A stretch of 63,898 bases of DNA, the filler included, from Folioceros fuciformis (lineage: Eukaryota): NCBI GenBank assembly GCA_049999805.1. It is 4 parts of 3 records of this genome, joined end to end, with 100 filler letters (N's around TTAATTAATTAA, not from the genome) between each part and the next. Parts side by side here need not be neighbours in the genome. Positions count along the whole stretch, not along the records: positions 1 to 21,293 come from JBNGIO010006314.1; 3 more parts are not named here. The stretch is one strand, 5' to 3'. Under the pieces are notes generated by a model. It was not told the origin of the DNA and made no database searches. It saw nothing but the letters and a program-made list of their open reading frames with translations. Below are positions 1 to 12,825 of the stretch, piece by piece. Each line of letters begins with the position of its first letter. The first letter of the stretch is position 1. A program made the translations under genes and the position numbers.

Positions 1-404
1 GTACTAAGTAGAACAGAGGGTGAAAAGTGTGCCCCCACATGAGCCGGCAGTGACGATATGAGGCCGCTGCGGCTGCGCTGCGAGTCGAGCAGCGCGTCAC
101 AGCCTCACAGCCAACCAGGCATGCCCTCCTTTGAAAGCGACGTGGCGATGGGAACGAAGGTCAATGGCGACTCGAAAATACACTACAGTAATGTACCGTA
201 GTTTGCGTTCGATACATGACTCTCGGATTTCCCGAACTGTTTGTGTTCCTAGTGTTGGTCTATCAAGGCAACGCGGTTTCAAATTCATGCTCTCTGTGAC
301 GCCCGTCATGCCGTTCCGTCAGGTCCATTTGGCAGGATGCTGCTCAACAGCGCACTTTGGAGCAGGTATAGTATGATGTCTCCACCTTCTTCCCCAGTAC
401 TTAC

Positions 405-502
405 CGCGGATGGAAGAAAGTGGAGATGCCGCTAGCGGCCGAGGCCCGGTAGCAAGATGAGCCCACCCGTGACACAGCGACTTGGACCGTCCGGAGTGTC
501 AT
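405..502 (-). CDS. Possible first exon of an unidentified gene running off the left edge (transit-peptide-like)
   Basis: ATG at 502 gives MTLRTVQVAVSRVGSSCYRASAASGISTFFHP (S/R/A-rich, no acidic residues), ending at a strong CG|GTAAGT donor. No downstream exon identified. Confidence 0.25.
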
Positions 503-1080
503 CGTCGAAGGCTGCCATTCCTGTTGGCCGCTGATTTTCTCTACAGGGACATCACGTGACACTGGGAAAGGGAGACATCTCCCGCTGCGGCGGAATTCAG
601 TACCTCCAGCCTCTTCAGGCACGCTGGCCAACTAACCGCCCACTGTCCTCCGAAGAGTGTTGATAAATACTGCACAGTATTTCGAGCATTAGAAGCACCT
701 GCAATGTGGCACGAATGTAGACCAAGGTGACAGCGAGCCTTGCGCTGTAGGTTCCCGCCTTTCTTGCCGACCATCCGCCTGAATTACGTATGTCTAAGTC
801 TTGTTTTGTGAAGACGAATACGCATAACATTTGCACGTGCTGATCATGTTCCTCTAGAGAAACCACTGGGAAATGTACCTCATTAGCAATGATTCCTGAT
901 TTGCAGTCAAGAGCTGGGATGTTCCAGTCCCCACCAACAATCGAAGTCAGCGAACATAAACCCACGATGTATTTCCTTCGGAGAAAAAATCGCCACAAAG
1001 GTTCGATCGTGGTGCATCTGCAACAGCTCAGATCTCTTGCTCGTATGTAGTACAGGATCGGCCGACAGGGAAACCTAGAA

Positions 1081-4000
1081 TCATTGGGGACTAATCCTCG
1101 ACTTCTTCACGGCTTCCGAGCCCTTTGTCTTGCCATACAGCCGCTGACATTGCCGTTCGAGAGGGCAGGCTGGAGGAAGGACCCCGGCATTGTCAGTAGC
1201 TGAGGTGGTCATGGGCGCCGGGACGTTTGGAGCGGTTTGGGTGAGATGCCCGGCAGCTGTCACCAGCTGTACCGCGGATAACAGTTTCTTCTTCTTTGTG
1301 ACATCTGGTGCACCTGAAGAGTCGGAATGCTGTCGACTCGAGTCAGGAGTGCTTGGTTCTGACCGCATGTTGGATTCTCCCGACTCGCTGTCAGACTCAG
1401 CCCTCCTTCTTCTTGCCTGAGCTTTCGCACGCCAATTGTGGATACCCTCCATGACGTTTCGGTTGAACACAGTCTCCTTCAGAGAGCTTCCCATCTGGAC
1501 ATCCGTCATGCAGGTCCAGGTCAGGACTTGGCAGAACTTGTTGGGTGTTGCTGGGGTGGATGGCAGGTGTGGCTTTGGGTTTGGGTGGTTCTTACCTGGG
1601 AGATGAGGGCGTACGTTGGCAACGTACTGTAGCTGGCTAGTACGAGCGTCAGCGCCCTGCAGAGTCCCACTAGCTTGGTGTATTAGTCCCAGACAGAGGT
1701 GAGGTTCCCAAGGAAAACAGCGATCCGCAGGAAGCCACTCACCCCAGTACGAGTCGCACCCACAGAAGCGATTTCTTTCCAAAGAAGCACGTATCGTAGC
1801 CGAAGGTTGCCTGCAGTCACAGTCTGTTAGTATCATGACGCACCTCAATAGTTCTTCCAACGAAAGAATTCGAGGCACAGGTTCCGGGCTCACCAGCAAC
1901 CAAATAAAAAGTGCCAGTTCGAACGAGTTCTGCATTGCACCAAAGAGTATGCCATTCCAGTCACGCCTTGACAACACAAACTAGCACAAGAAAAACAAAT
2001 GGATCACACTTCCACCTGGAAAATGATGAAGTGAATAACCCTCTTAAGAAGCTTCGGTTTGCCTAGCCAAAACAGATCGTCACTGAGCTTTATGCCTGCC
2101 ACAAAGTTGTCGATAGTTTTCAGCTGCTCGGGGTCCTTGTTCTTTCCGCCATTCTCGTCTTTCAGAGCAAGTCTCTTCGCTTGCAGAGCAAGGGTTGCAA
2201 TAATATGCTCTTGTTTTGCTCCAATGATGAGGACCAGCTGCAAAACACAGGTTTGCATGAGCTACATTACATGGGGGATTGTGAAGCATACTGTGGCAAA
2301 AACCAGAAGTTTCTCGAGTTCCTGAGGATGGACACAGATGAGTTAAGACATGTGATTTGCGTACCAGAGTTGGAATGAAAGCCGCCCAGAAGTAAGTGTA
2401 CCAAGCTGCAAAGAAAAAATGGAAAAAGCTACAGCGTCAGAGAACACCTTGCCTGGTACAAGGAAAGTAGGACACTGTGATACGACGTTGACGCCCATTG
2501 TGGTCTCACCGTTGATATTGAGGAGGAGGAAGAGGACAACAAACGCCCAGAGCCACCAACTGCAAGACGCTTGGTCAGCTCGCAGGGGACATTGGTACAC
2601 CAACAACATTGAACCAATATTGCGGACCGAAAACACCTCGTTATCCAGCCGTGCCAACTCACCTGATACCAATGACAGATTTGAAATCTACTTCCAAAGA
2701 CCGCATGATGTAGTCCCGAAAATTGAACGAATCCGACAATTGGTGTTGCTGTGCCAGATGCTCACGTGTTTGTCAGAGGGAGAGGACGACCATGATAATC
2801 TGTCCAGTTACCCTCACACGTACAAGGCACAGAAACTTACATGCAGGAAGGCTACACGCATTGTGAGATAGTCATCGTGCGGTAACTGCCCGGCAAATTG
2901 TCGAAAGAAGCAGAGCTAGCAGAGAAACATAAACAAACCAGCCCTGTAATCCACGCAACTTGAACAGGATTCCACAACAATAAAGTACGAGCAAAAGTAA
3001 CGACTCACAATCCATATGAAGATCGGAGACTCGGCCCACGGGTGGCTTGCGTGTCTTTCAATGAAAGACTTCCTCGTAGCCACACAGCTAGACCTGTCGC
3101 AGATTCTAGACTTGAGCACTGCAACGAACCATCTGGAGTTGTGAGTAGGGCAAGCAAGAAGAAATATCCTCAGTTTGCAGCAGTCTACCAGCATGACAGC
3201 ACAAAGCAGTTGGATAGCACCACACAACCTGTAGGGCCATGGTAATCAGGAGTCCGAGTCTCTCGTTCCCACTTTTTCCAGTGATCCACCTGTGACGAGC
3301 AGCAACAGATTAAAATCTCACATATGTGCCTCTGGCCAGAACCATGGTGGAGATGACAGAGCCTCACCCTCAAAAACCCTAGGCAGACCGTCAGGAAGCA
3401 GTAGGCTACGTGCACCACTGCCAGTACAAAAATGAAAATGTGCAACTGGTGGAGACCTTCTACGGAAATAAAAGGAACCTTTCCCTGCACATCAATCACC
3501 AACAATATCTACGGTCACCAGGACGCAGGAAAGAGCTCAAACACTCAAGAAACCTTCAGGAGTTCAGCACATTACCTTGGCTTCACAGGCGGATCCCCCC
3601 CCGGACGCCATCAAACGACGTCTATGCCATGAAGCATGCTCTTCTGCTGGGGGAAGGACACCTCCCTCCGCAGCAGGTTGCGACCTGTCGCACGGGAGCA
3701 TGTGGCGTGCAAACTCTGGGGATACACAGATCTTGGAGACCGACGTCTGAAAGACCGTGAGAAGCAGAGAGATAAACCCCAAGAGCATGAGCTCTGCATC
3801 ATCCACGTTGCCCCGAGGTCAGCACGAGCCCCTAACGCAGGCTGAGTTGACTATGCAGGCATTCACAACACAAAGCTCGAGAGTAGCCTACCTACCCTCG
3901 GTCATCTTGTCCAACACCTTCCGCAGCGGCCTCTGGCCCGTCTTCTTCAAATACTGCACAAGAGTACAGACAACAAAGCAGCTCAAAGACCTGATCTGCA

Positions 4001-4151
4001 AGTTGTGGAAGCACCGGAAGGGGGAAGCAACTGCACCCACCTTCTTCAAGCGATGAATGCCTCGTTCCAGCAGCAGAGAAATGCCAATGAACAGAGCAAC
4101 GACAGACGCCACCGAGTAGGTGGGCGTGTCTTCAAGAGTTGCTTCAGCCAT
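1081..4151 (-). CDS. MLO: MLO family 7-TM protein (copy A), 15 exons
   Basis: Exons traced with GT-AG boundaries: LEDTPTYSVA (4041-4151), YLKK..KMTE (3896-3953), ELMLLGFISLLL (3576-3793), GLHQLHIFIF, WKKWE, CFFRQF, DDLFW, NSFELA, SYSTLPTYALISQ, and last exon MGS..IHNWRAKA (1081-1494). No stops found. Confidence 0.95.
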
Positions 4152-4719
4152 GACTCCTCTCTCACCCTACTTCACCGATCCTTGCTCCCTCAGCAGCCAG
4201 CTGTTCTCAATCCGAACAGCTTCCTGAGCCTTTTCCACTCCCGATTGCTGAGGAGCGGAGCCCTACTACTCTGCCGCATACATTCCCCATCCGAAACACC
4301 GTTCGAATGATCGCCGATTCAGCCAAGACGGAGATCCTGGCCGACCATGCGCCTGTGTCGTCCTTGTACACGGAACCTGGTCCTCAGGAGACCGGAAACT
4401 GACAGCCTCTCGCGCTTTTATCGGTGGACGCTGGATGCCCGCTTTGCATTCTGTTTTCGTCCATGTCAATTGGGCAGCAGCAGTAATCGGAGAAGAGACC
4501 AATCGCAGGACGCATCGAAATTTGCAACAGTAGTCCATTAGACCAGGGCCGCAAGATTAGGCAGTGCGAAGCTACCACCGCTCCTTCGCCACCTATGATG
4601 ACTTCAGGGGTGTACGTACAGAGCGCTGTTGAGCGCACACAGCGCGAACCTCACGTCTGCAGCTATCCTTTCTGTCGTCTTTGGACAGCGCAAATGTACG
4701 GCGGGATCAGGATACTAAG

Positions 4720-7700
4720 CTACCTCCCGAGTTCTTCTCGTTCACCGGGACTGGGATGGATGTTGTCGGTGAAACTGCTGTCGTCCGTTTTCGTCCCTTT
4801 AACGCCGGCGTTCGTGAGCTGAGCTGACTCACGCTCCGCTTTCAATGCACGCTCACGCCATCCCAGCAAACCATAGTAGACTCTTTCGGTGGTGACACTA
4901 TCGTCCGGGGGTTTTAGGGATGAAGCCATCTGGGCGACCCACATGCTGCATTGTGAGCAGAGGTGCAGATTGCGGAGTTTGGGTTGGTTGAAAAGCAGGG
5001 ACTTGTTAGGGAAGGTGTTGGGCACCTGGGTCACCAGAGCGTAGGTCGGCAGGGTGCTGTAGCTGGACAGCAGCTGGGTGAAGATCCTGCAGAAGCGCAG
5101 GGTGGTGGGTGATGTTCCTGGTGAGTTTGGGAGAGCGGAAAGCCAGGTGGTGTGCCGGTGACGCAATCTTACCCTAATGCCAGGCGGATGTAGAGGAACT
5201 GAGGGGGGCCCCAAATGCAAGCTTTGGAGCCGAAGGATATCTGCAGGCAAGCACTCACGCTGGATGAATACCAGTAGAAAGCAGGGAGGTTGTGGGATGC
5301 ACAGACCGTGAGGTAAGCGTGGGGACTGACCCATATCCAAACGATGGTGGCCAGTTCGAATGAGTTCTGCAAGACGTGCGTTTCAGTACATGAGTTCACT
5401 GTCAGGTATCGGTGCACAAATGCAAGGAAGAATTGGTGCACCGAAAGGATCGCATATGGATACTGCCTGGCGGTAGAGCAATCACCTGGAACATGCTTAC
5501 GCGAAGCAATGCAAGAAGTAGCTTGGGACGGTTGAACCAGAACAAGTTGTCGCTGGGCTTGATTGCGCTTGTGATCGCTTTCTTTTCGATGGCTAGCTCA
5601 GGGTCCAAGTTGACGTCATTCCCTGCCTGTGGTACGCTCTGAGCATGTCTTTCTGCTCGAAGGGTTAGGGTTGCCAGCACATGTTGCTGCTTGGTTCCAA
5701 CTGTGAGGATAAGCTGCGACCCTCGAGATCACATGTTTGCTCAGACTTCAGCTCCATAACCGTAATTGCAAAGGCCTGGCGTGAGATACTCACAAAAGCA
5801 GGGAAAAAAGATGCCCACGTGTATGTGTTCCAACCTGCATCCAGGTGCCAGACGAGGCTGAGATCAGGGCCTTTGCGCCGTCAAAGCCTGCTGTATATGC
5901 CGAAATGGGGGCCTTGGATTCAGTGGGTTCTCACCGTGGATATCCAATAGCAGTAGCAGGACCACGAAGAGCCAAAGCCACCAGCTTCAGAGAAGGAAAG
6001 GGGCAGCAAGTTAAATGCCCATCCCAAGATTTGTTATCATGGGCCTTCAAAAGGAGCAAGTCACTGGCTCACCTGATTGCGATGACCTCTTTGAACTCAG
6101 CCCCGATGGATCCCACCACGTAGTCCCGGAAGTGGAATGCATCCCCTAGGTTGTGATTCTGACGATTGCAAACCAACCACCGTCGTGAGACAATCTAGCA
6201 TATGTCCTTCTGAGCTCTGACAGCGTGCAACCCAATGCAAAGAAGTGGAGCAAGAACAGCTTCCTCCACCTTACATGTACAAATCCCGCACGAAGTGTGA
6301 GGTAGTCTTCACGTGACACAGGAACTAAGAATTGCCGTACGAAGCACTTCTGGATACCGGAGGGCAAGCCCAGACATTAGTTCCATTCTCTAGGTCATAC
6401 CTTTCATCTGCCTGCGGCTTCAGATTATTTACTTACGATCCAAACGAAAGCGGCAGAGTGATCCTGGGTAAAAAACCAAAGTCTTCGGGTACCACTCGGG
6501 GATTTGGATTTCTTCATGTATCGCATCTCCAAATCTGTCAGACACGAACAGAGTGTCATCTTATTGGAGATACGATGGAACTGGTTGCCAGGACTCGCCT
6601 GGTGATGTACGATGACATATACAGTATATGTCAGCGTGCAGAGATAATAGATGGTTTGCTTATTGCTCAGACCGACATGACCGAAAATATAGCTAGCATC
6701 ACCTTTCCGCCCACAATAATTTGCACAGCGAGCTTCGTTCTCCCACGCCTTCCAGCCGCGCACCTGGAATTTGAGCAAAGCAGGATAGTACAATAATAGT
6801 GAGACTTGCACTCGCAGGCGATCAGGCAGGACATTCTATGGAACTGGTTGCCAGGAGCCGTCTGATCGGAGGATGGTAAAATATTAGTGAGACTTGCAAT
6901 CGACTACAAGTTTACTGCAACTCACCTTGGAGAAGCCCAAGACCAGCAGAAGAAGGCCGTAGAAGATGTGCAGAATTGCCAGTAAAAAGATGAAAAAGTG
7001 CACATGATGGAGACCTTCCGATGGAATCAGAGAAACCTTGCCCTGTGGACATCATACGCCAATGGGCAGCCAACAGTGACCGAGACGAGTCTGTGCAGCG
7101 TGGACAGATTGGAATCTTGCATTCAAATTAAATCTAGAATTCAACTGAACTCACTTGTGCCGCGCAAACAAGATCAGACTTGGACGCCTGGCTCAACTCG
7201 TTGTCAGGAGCAGAGAGCAGTCTGCGAAGTTGGTGATCTGGTCTACAAGGCAGCATGTGGCGGGCGAATTTTTCCGGCACACACAACTTGGAGATGGGCT
7301 TGTGAAAGACCTCCAGCAACCACGATGCGAATCCCAGAAGCAGCAACTCTGAGACATCGAGGACACAGGACTTCACACCGCGTCCAGGGAGCGGTAGCGC
7401 ACAGGGAAAATGTACAGGGTGAAACGGGAGGAGGAAGCAAACCGTGGACCATCTTGTCCATCACCTGGCGAACCGGCCTTATCCGGGTCCTCTTCAGATG
7501 CTGCAAGAAGCAAGTCACGATCACACACTCGCTGCACGGACCTCGACAATATTGTTTCTGTAAGGGTAGTGCACACCACAAGACTGCCATCCAGCGCCGA
7601 ATCCTGATCCATCTTATCCAGGGTTGTGGGCACTATGTCCGACCCAGGAGCCTGTGTAGACTCAGGTGCTGTACCTTCTGGATGCTATCTTCCAGCAGTA

Positions 7701-7782
7701 GGGAGATGAGGATTATGAGCGCAGCTGCAGTAGCGACACAGTATGTAGGAGTGTGCTCCAGAGACTCTCCGTAGCCTGCCAT
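4720..7782 (-). CDS. MLO: MLO family protein (copy B, divergent), 15 exons
   Basis: LEHTPTYCVA, ELLLLGFASWLL, GLHHVHFFIF, WKAWE, CFVRQF, DNLFWFNRP, NSFELA, SYSTLPTYALVTQ, MAS..LLGWRERA. Intron positions match copies A and C; the C-terminal tail is short. Confidence 0.9.
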
Positions 7783-8798
7783 AGGAGCGCAGCCTGCAGA
7801 AGTCGCAGTGCAGTCCCACGCTTTGAGGATGGCCTGGCCTGGTCGTTTTATGAGCACGGCGTCCGCCTCGCCTCTTCGTCCTGACGATGTCCGCAGTTAA
7901 CGAGGAGCAGCAGCGCTAGCGGGCCGGCCACGGCCCATGGACAGTGACCAAGAGGAGAGGTACGAGTCTTGGTTAGGGAGCCCGTCAGAGTTCTGGATCC
8001 TTGGTAACAGAGCTCCAATGAGGCTTATAAGCCCGGGCCCCAGTCTCCAGTCCAGCGTCACTTGGAAGCTCAAATCCATAGCCTGTGAGGGCGCTATGTA
8101 CTGCAAGCTCCCTTCCTCCATGTGAGCCAACATTTTGGACATTTTGTTTATTTGCGGGGAAGATGTCCAAAGCTTCCAACGTGCTCGTGTCTGCCCTCTC
8201 GAACACGAGCTTTTACGGAGGAGCTTGGAACCACTAGTTACACCATAAACGCCTTCACCATCAGAGCCTGACCAGATAAGCCTCGCAACGAAATGGCTAC
8301 TAAATACTGAATCCGGGACCTGCTGGATGCTCCTGGGGCTCTGTGCCCACAAAGCCCGCTGACTCAAGGACTACGAAATGACGACAACATTCTTCCACAT
8401 GGTATCCTTCCCCAGCTTTTCAATCTTCTAGAACTAGTTGTTCCAATTCCAGCTGACAGCGTGCAGCAGCCTCGAGTGATATGTGGAAGCGAAGCTTGAG
8501 CTGTGGTCGATAGTCATCGGTTCACAATCTACAAACAGGTGGCAACGCCCACATCCTACCCATGGCTCAGATCTCCTACGTAAGCTGGCTGTAAAGTGCT
8601 GCTCGTCAAGATGCTGTGCATACAGCAGCATCTTCAGCCACTGAAGCAAGTCGGATCACCAGGCATTTCCACCCTTTTACAAATGCGGCAGCATCTTGAG
8701 ACGTTTGCACGTCACGCTCCTGGTTCTATCACACCGCCCTTTATGAGCATCTCCATTTCAAGTACAGAATCGGTACTTATCTATCATTTCCGTGAACA

Positions 8799-11700
8799 TT
8801 ACGGTGCTTGCCGTGAAGATGCTGAGCTTGCAACATCTCGAGCTTTTGCTGTTCCCTTCATTTTACCATACAGCCGGATGAACTTTTCTTGCGCTGCAAG
8901 ATGTGCAACGCTGGGTGCCGTGGGTTCAACTGCTGGAGCTGTTGGCGCTGCTGCTGCTGCTGCTTGCTCACCCCGGGGCAAGGTGCTCTGCTCCTGTTTA
9001 ACTTCCGCTAGTTGGGCAGCAGTCGTTCGGTATGCTGTGACGGTTGGAGGACTCGGTGCTCCATGATGTGACTCTGTCACACCTTCAGCCACATGCAACA
9101 CATGATTGGGAGCGCCCAACACGCTTCCCTCGGCAGGCTTTGTTTTCTCCTTTTGCTTCTTCTTGGCTTTGCCATGCCAGCCATGTAAGGCTGAATGGAC
9201 CGATTTCTTGAAGATAGTGGGCTTGTAGCCAGATCCCATCTGCAATCAAGATACGTCTGCCGCTGAGCTCAAGAAAACGGTAGAATTTGTCATTCAATTT
9301 TGTGCATACTTGTAGCCTAGCTTGTACAAATGGGCTTTCACCTGGTTTACAAGAGCATAAAGAGGCAGCGTGCTGTAGCTGCATAAGATTTGCGTCAACA
9401 ACCTACAAGAGTAACAGGAACTAAAGTTAATACAAACTCCAGATGGCCAAAAGCTTGGCCGCAAATCTCATTTCTACTGAAATGATCAAATGCTCATACC
9501 CGACGATGACACGCGCGAAGATCAGGCCACGTTTCTCAAAGAAACATGTGGCCCACCCGAATGTTGCCTGTAAAGTAAATATTAATTCAACTCGTCTTTC
9601 ATCACTGCGTCCTTACCGTGTAGTGAGCATAAAACGCAGAGAGACTGACATAGAACTGAAGTGCCTACCAACAGCCAGAAGAAGACTGCCAACTCGAACG
9701 CGTTCTGTAAGACCAACAGTTACACGCACGTTAGTGCATTTCTCCCCATTACAACGAAAAACGCATGTCTCACAGACTTGCAACTAGCCTGGGAGCTCAT
9801 GACATACTTGGAAAAGAATGAAGTGTATCAAAAACATGAGCAGCCCAGGAAAGTTGAACCAAAAGAGCTCATCTCGGGTCTTCACTGTTGGTGCCGTGGT
9901 ATCGTTCTTTGAGGGTGTAGGTCCTTCTTTGAGGCTGTTGTCCAAGGCATCAGCTCTTGCCTCTGCTGCCAAAACCGAAATGATCTTCTGCTGCTTCGTT
10001 CCAACAAACAGGACGAGCTGCATTTGAAGGCAATTGTTCATAACGAGGTCAAAATTCAGTCAACACTTCGAGAAGCTTTCTGTAACAACTTGCCAATTAT
10101 GCGGAAGGCTTGAAATTCCCAAGCAGCAATTTCCTGTCAGTTTCAGTTTGTGTGTTTGTGTGTGAAACTCACTATCAGAGGAACGAACGCCATCCAAAAG
10201 TATGTGTACCAGTCTGGCAGTACATGGCAGCATCGACTTAGCTACAGGCCACATTTCCGAACGAAAGACGGAAGAGAGGTTTAAAGCTTACCATGTACGT
10301 TGAGCAGAAGAAAAAGGACGACGAAGGCCCAAAGCCACCAACTGCAGCCAGACACAAGCTCAAGACGTAGGTAGCCCGACTAAACCTATGCCGTTTGCTA
10401 GCACATTGTCTCGGTTTACGGCTCTTGTTGCACAGACCTGATGCCGACAACAATTTTGAAGTCAAACTCCATAGAACGAATGACGTAGTCATGGAAGTCG
10501 AATTTGTTGGTCAGGTGGTGATTCTGCGGGCACAGAAACTGCGTTGGTTGGAGTTGTTGCAAAAGGGACAACAGGTACACATCGATGTACTCTACACAAC
10601 GAGTGCATGACGGGTAGGTGGAGTTGATGCTCACGCTGATAAATGCCAGCCGAAATGTCAAATAATCTGCTTTTGACACAGATCCAACAAACTGGCCGAA
10701 GAAACAACGCTGCAAGACACGCGAACGTTTGCCTGAGAAAAACATGTCAGGAAATCACAATACGAGTCTGATTGAAAGGCAGAGACGTACCAGCCACACC
10801 AGAAGAGGTGATTGACCTCGCATGCTGTGCCTATCTGTACACGCGTCTTGCTTTCTCGTCGTCAATGCTTCTCGCAACCCTGGAAACAGACGGCAAACGT
10901 AGTCGTCATACATTCACTATGCGGATTCCTTGAGCGATTGAATCAGATAGTCACAGGACGAGACTCCCACCAGTGAGGGTATCGTAGTAGGGCTCGCGGG
11001 TCTGAACTTCCCATTTTTTCCAATGATGCATCTGCAGCAGACGGCAGGACAGCACAAGACCATCCGACGGTTGTTCGAAATCTGCAATACAATTCTAACT
11101 GGCATCTTTGTGCAAGGCCAAACGTGCAAAATGAGTGTTGACAACATACTTTCACGAATCCCAGCACCATTGTGAGGCAGCTATAGACCACATGCACGAG
11201 CGCCAGCACAAAGATAAAGATGTGGAGTTGATGGAGACCTTCCAGTGAAACAAAGGGAGCCATTCCCTGGGCGCATCCAACAACACAAGTCAATTCTCCA
11301 CCGAGCCCGCGACACTCAAACACCACTAGTACAGCTGTGAATCTGACCGTGGATGCGCAGCGATCTCCTCCTGTCGACAAAAGCCTCCGATTAGAAGCGA
11401 GGTTAAACCCCATGAGCAGCTTCCGGGCGTGAGACTCTGTTTCTGCGGGGGAGAGTGGCGTTGCAGCATGTTTAGGTGATTCCTTGAGCTTGCAAGGCAA
11501 CCATCTCTGCGAGACTCTGACTGGTATGCATAGGTTGGAGACCGGGCCCTGGAAGGCTGTCAGGAGCAACGAGATGAATCCCAGCAGCATCAACTCTGCA
11601 ACCGAATACGTGGCCATCCATCAATTGATGCGCAGCATGAGAGAACAGAAATGCAACGCACCAAGAGCAATCCTCAAGAAAATTAGGATGAAACCGAAGG

Positions 11701-12162
11701 GAGAAGGTTCCGCTTCAATTGTCACCTTCCATCATCTTATGCAGAGCCTTCTGCAGAGGCTTCTGATTCCTTTTCTTCAAATACTGCACCCACCCGTGTC
11801 TGTCAGCTGGGACATGTGGATGAATGCCTTCAAAACTGACAGTCCAAAACGTACACCCATCCAAATACACAAGAAGAATCGCTCACGGCCGCATTAATCT
11901 TCCTCAGAGTGTTCCCGATCATGCAAGCTTCCCAACTTAGTACATAGTATGCATTCCACCAGCGCTATCACCACAGTCCTCAAGATTGGAAACGCACAAT
12001 TCACTTCAACAGCATCTGCTCGGAGGTGTGGGACAGTACTTTTCCAAGTTTGTGAAGGCCTCTCTCCATAAGCAAAGACGCGATGACAAACATCGAGACA
12101 GCTGTTGCCACAGCCCAAGTGGGAGTCTGCTCCAGCGAGGTATCCATTTCCGATTCCGCCAT
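8799..12162 (-). CDS. MLO: MLO family protein (copy C, closest to consensus), 15 exons
   Basis: Exon 1 MAESEMDTSLEQTPTWAVA (12040-12162), exon 2 11726-11783, ELMLLGFISLLL, GLHQLHIFIF, NAFELA, LCSYSTLPLYALV, last exon MGS..LHGWHGKAKKK (8799-9239). Confidence 0.95.
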
Positions 12163-12825
12163 GCCTCAATTCCTCACTGCACACACCCCCCCCCCCTCCC
12201 CTCCTCGAGATTCCGCCCGCGAGCTGCAGGCACTCGACTAACATGACTCTCGGGGTCCACAAATGTCTATCTTTCCCCGCTGCTCTGCCATTGCTTGTAA
12301 AGGCTGATCGGTCGAAATGTATCCCCGGACGCTCATTCTACAACATGCTTCAATGACCTTGCGTCGGCTGTCCTACATTTGGATATCCAATGCCGCTTGT
12401 GAGCAGGAATTGGAGACGCGTTCCTGGAGGCGGTCCGCGTCCACAGGAGCCCACTGGACTGTGATGAGGAGCTCCTTTCACGGTTGATGGATCCTTTTAT
12501 GCGAGATTAGCTTCCCGGGTCTTACTGCGATTTAGTCTGTCTCCAATAAGCGTTCTTGTGACTGTGAGACATCTCCTTTTTATGTTACGAGTCACAGGCT
12601 AGTCTTCGCTGAATCCACACTTCCAGAATTTTCGCCTCCGCGGGCCTTCACGAGGGACTCCCCCACGTCCGTTCATAACTGAATCATGAGCGTGTGCGGC
12701 GAGGGGTCGTTCGGTTCATTGACGTGCTCTCTCGTCACTGCAGGTACTGGATACAGGTAGGACAGATCTAGGTCTGTAGGTCAGTTGAGTGAAACGCGAA
12801 TCGTGCGTCATTACAGCATCAAGTC

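Noticed and set aside
6998-7774. 258-aa plus-strand ORF
   Set aside because: Antisense to MLO-B exons and introns; no protein-like features.
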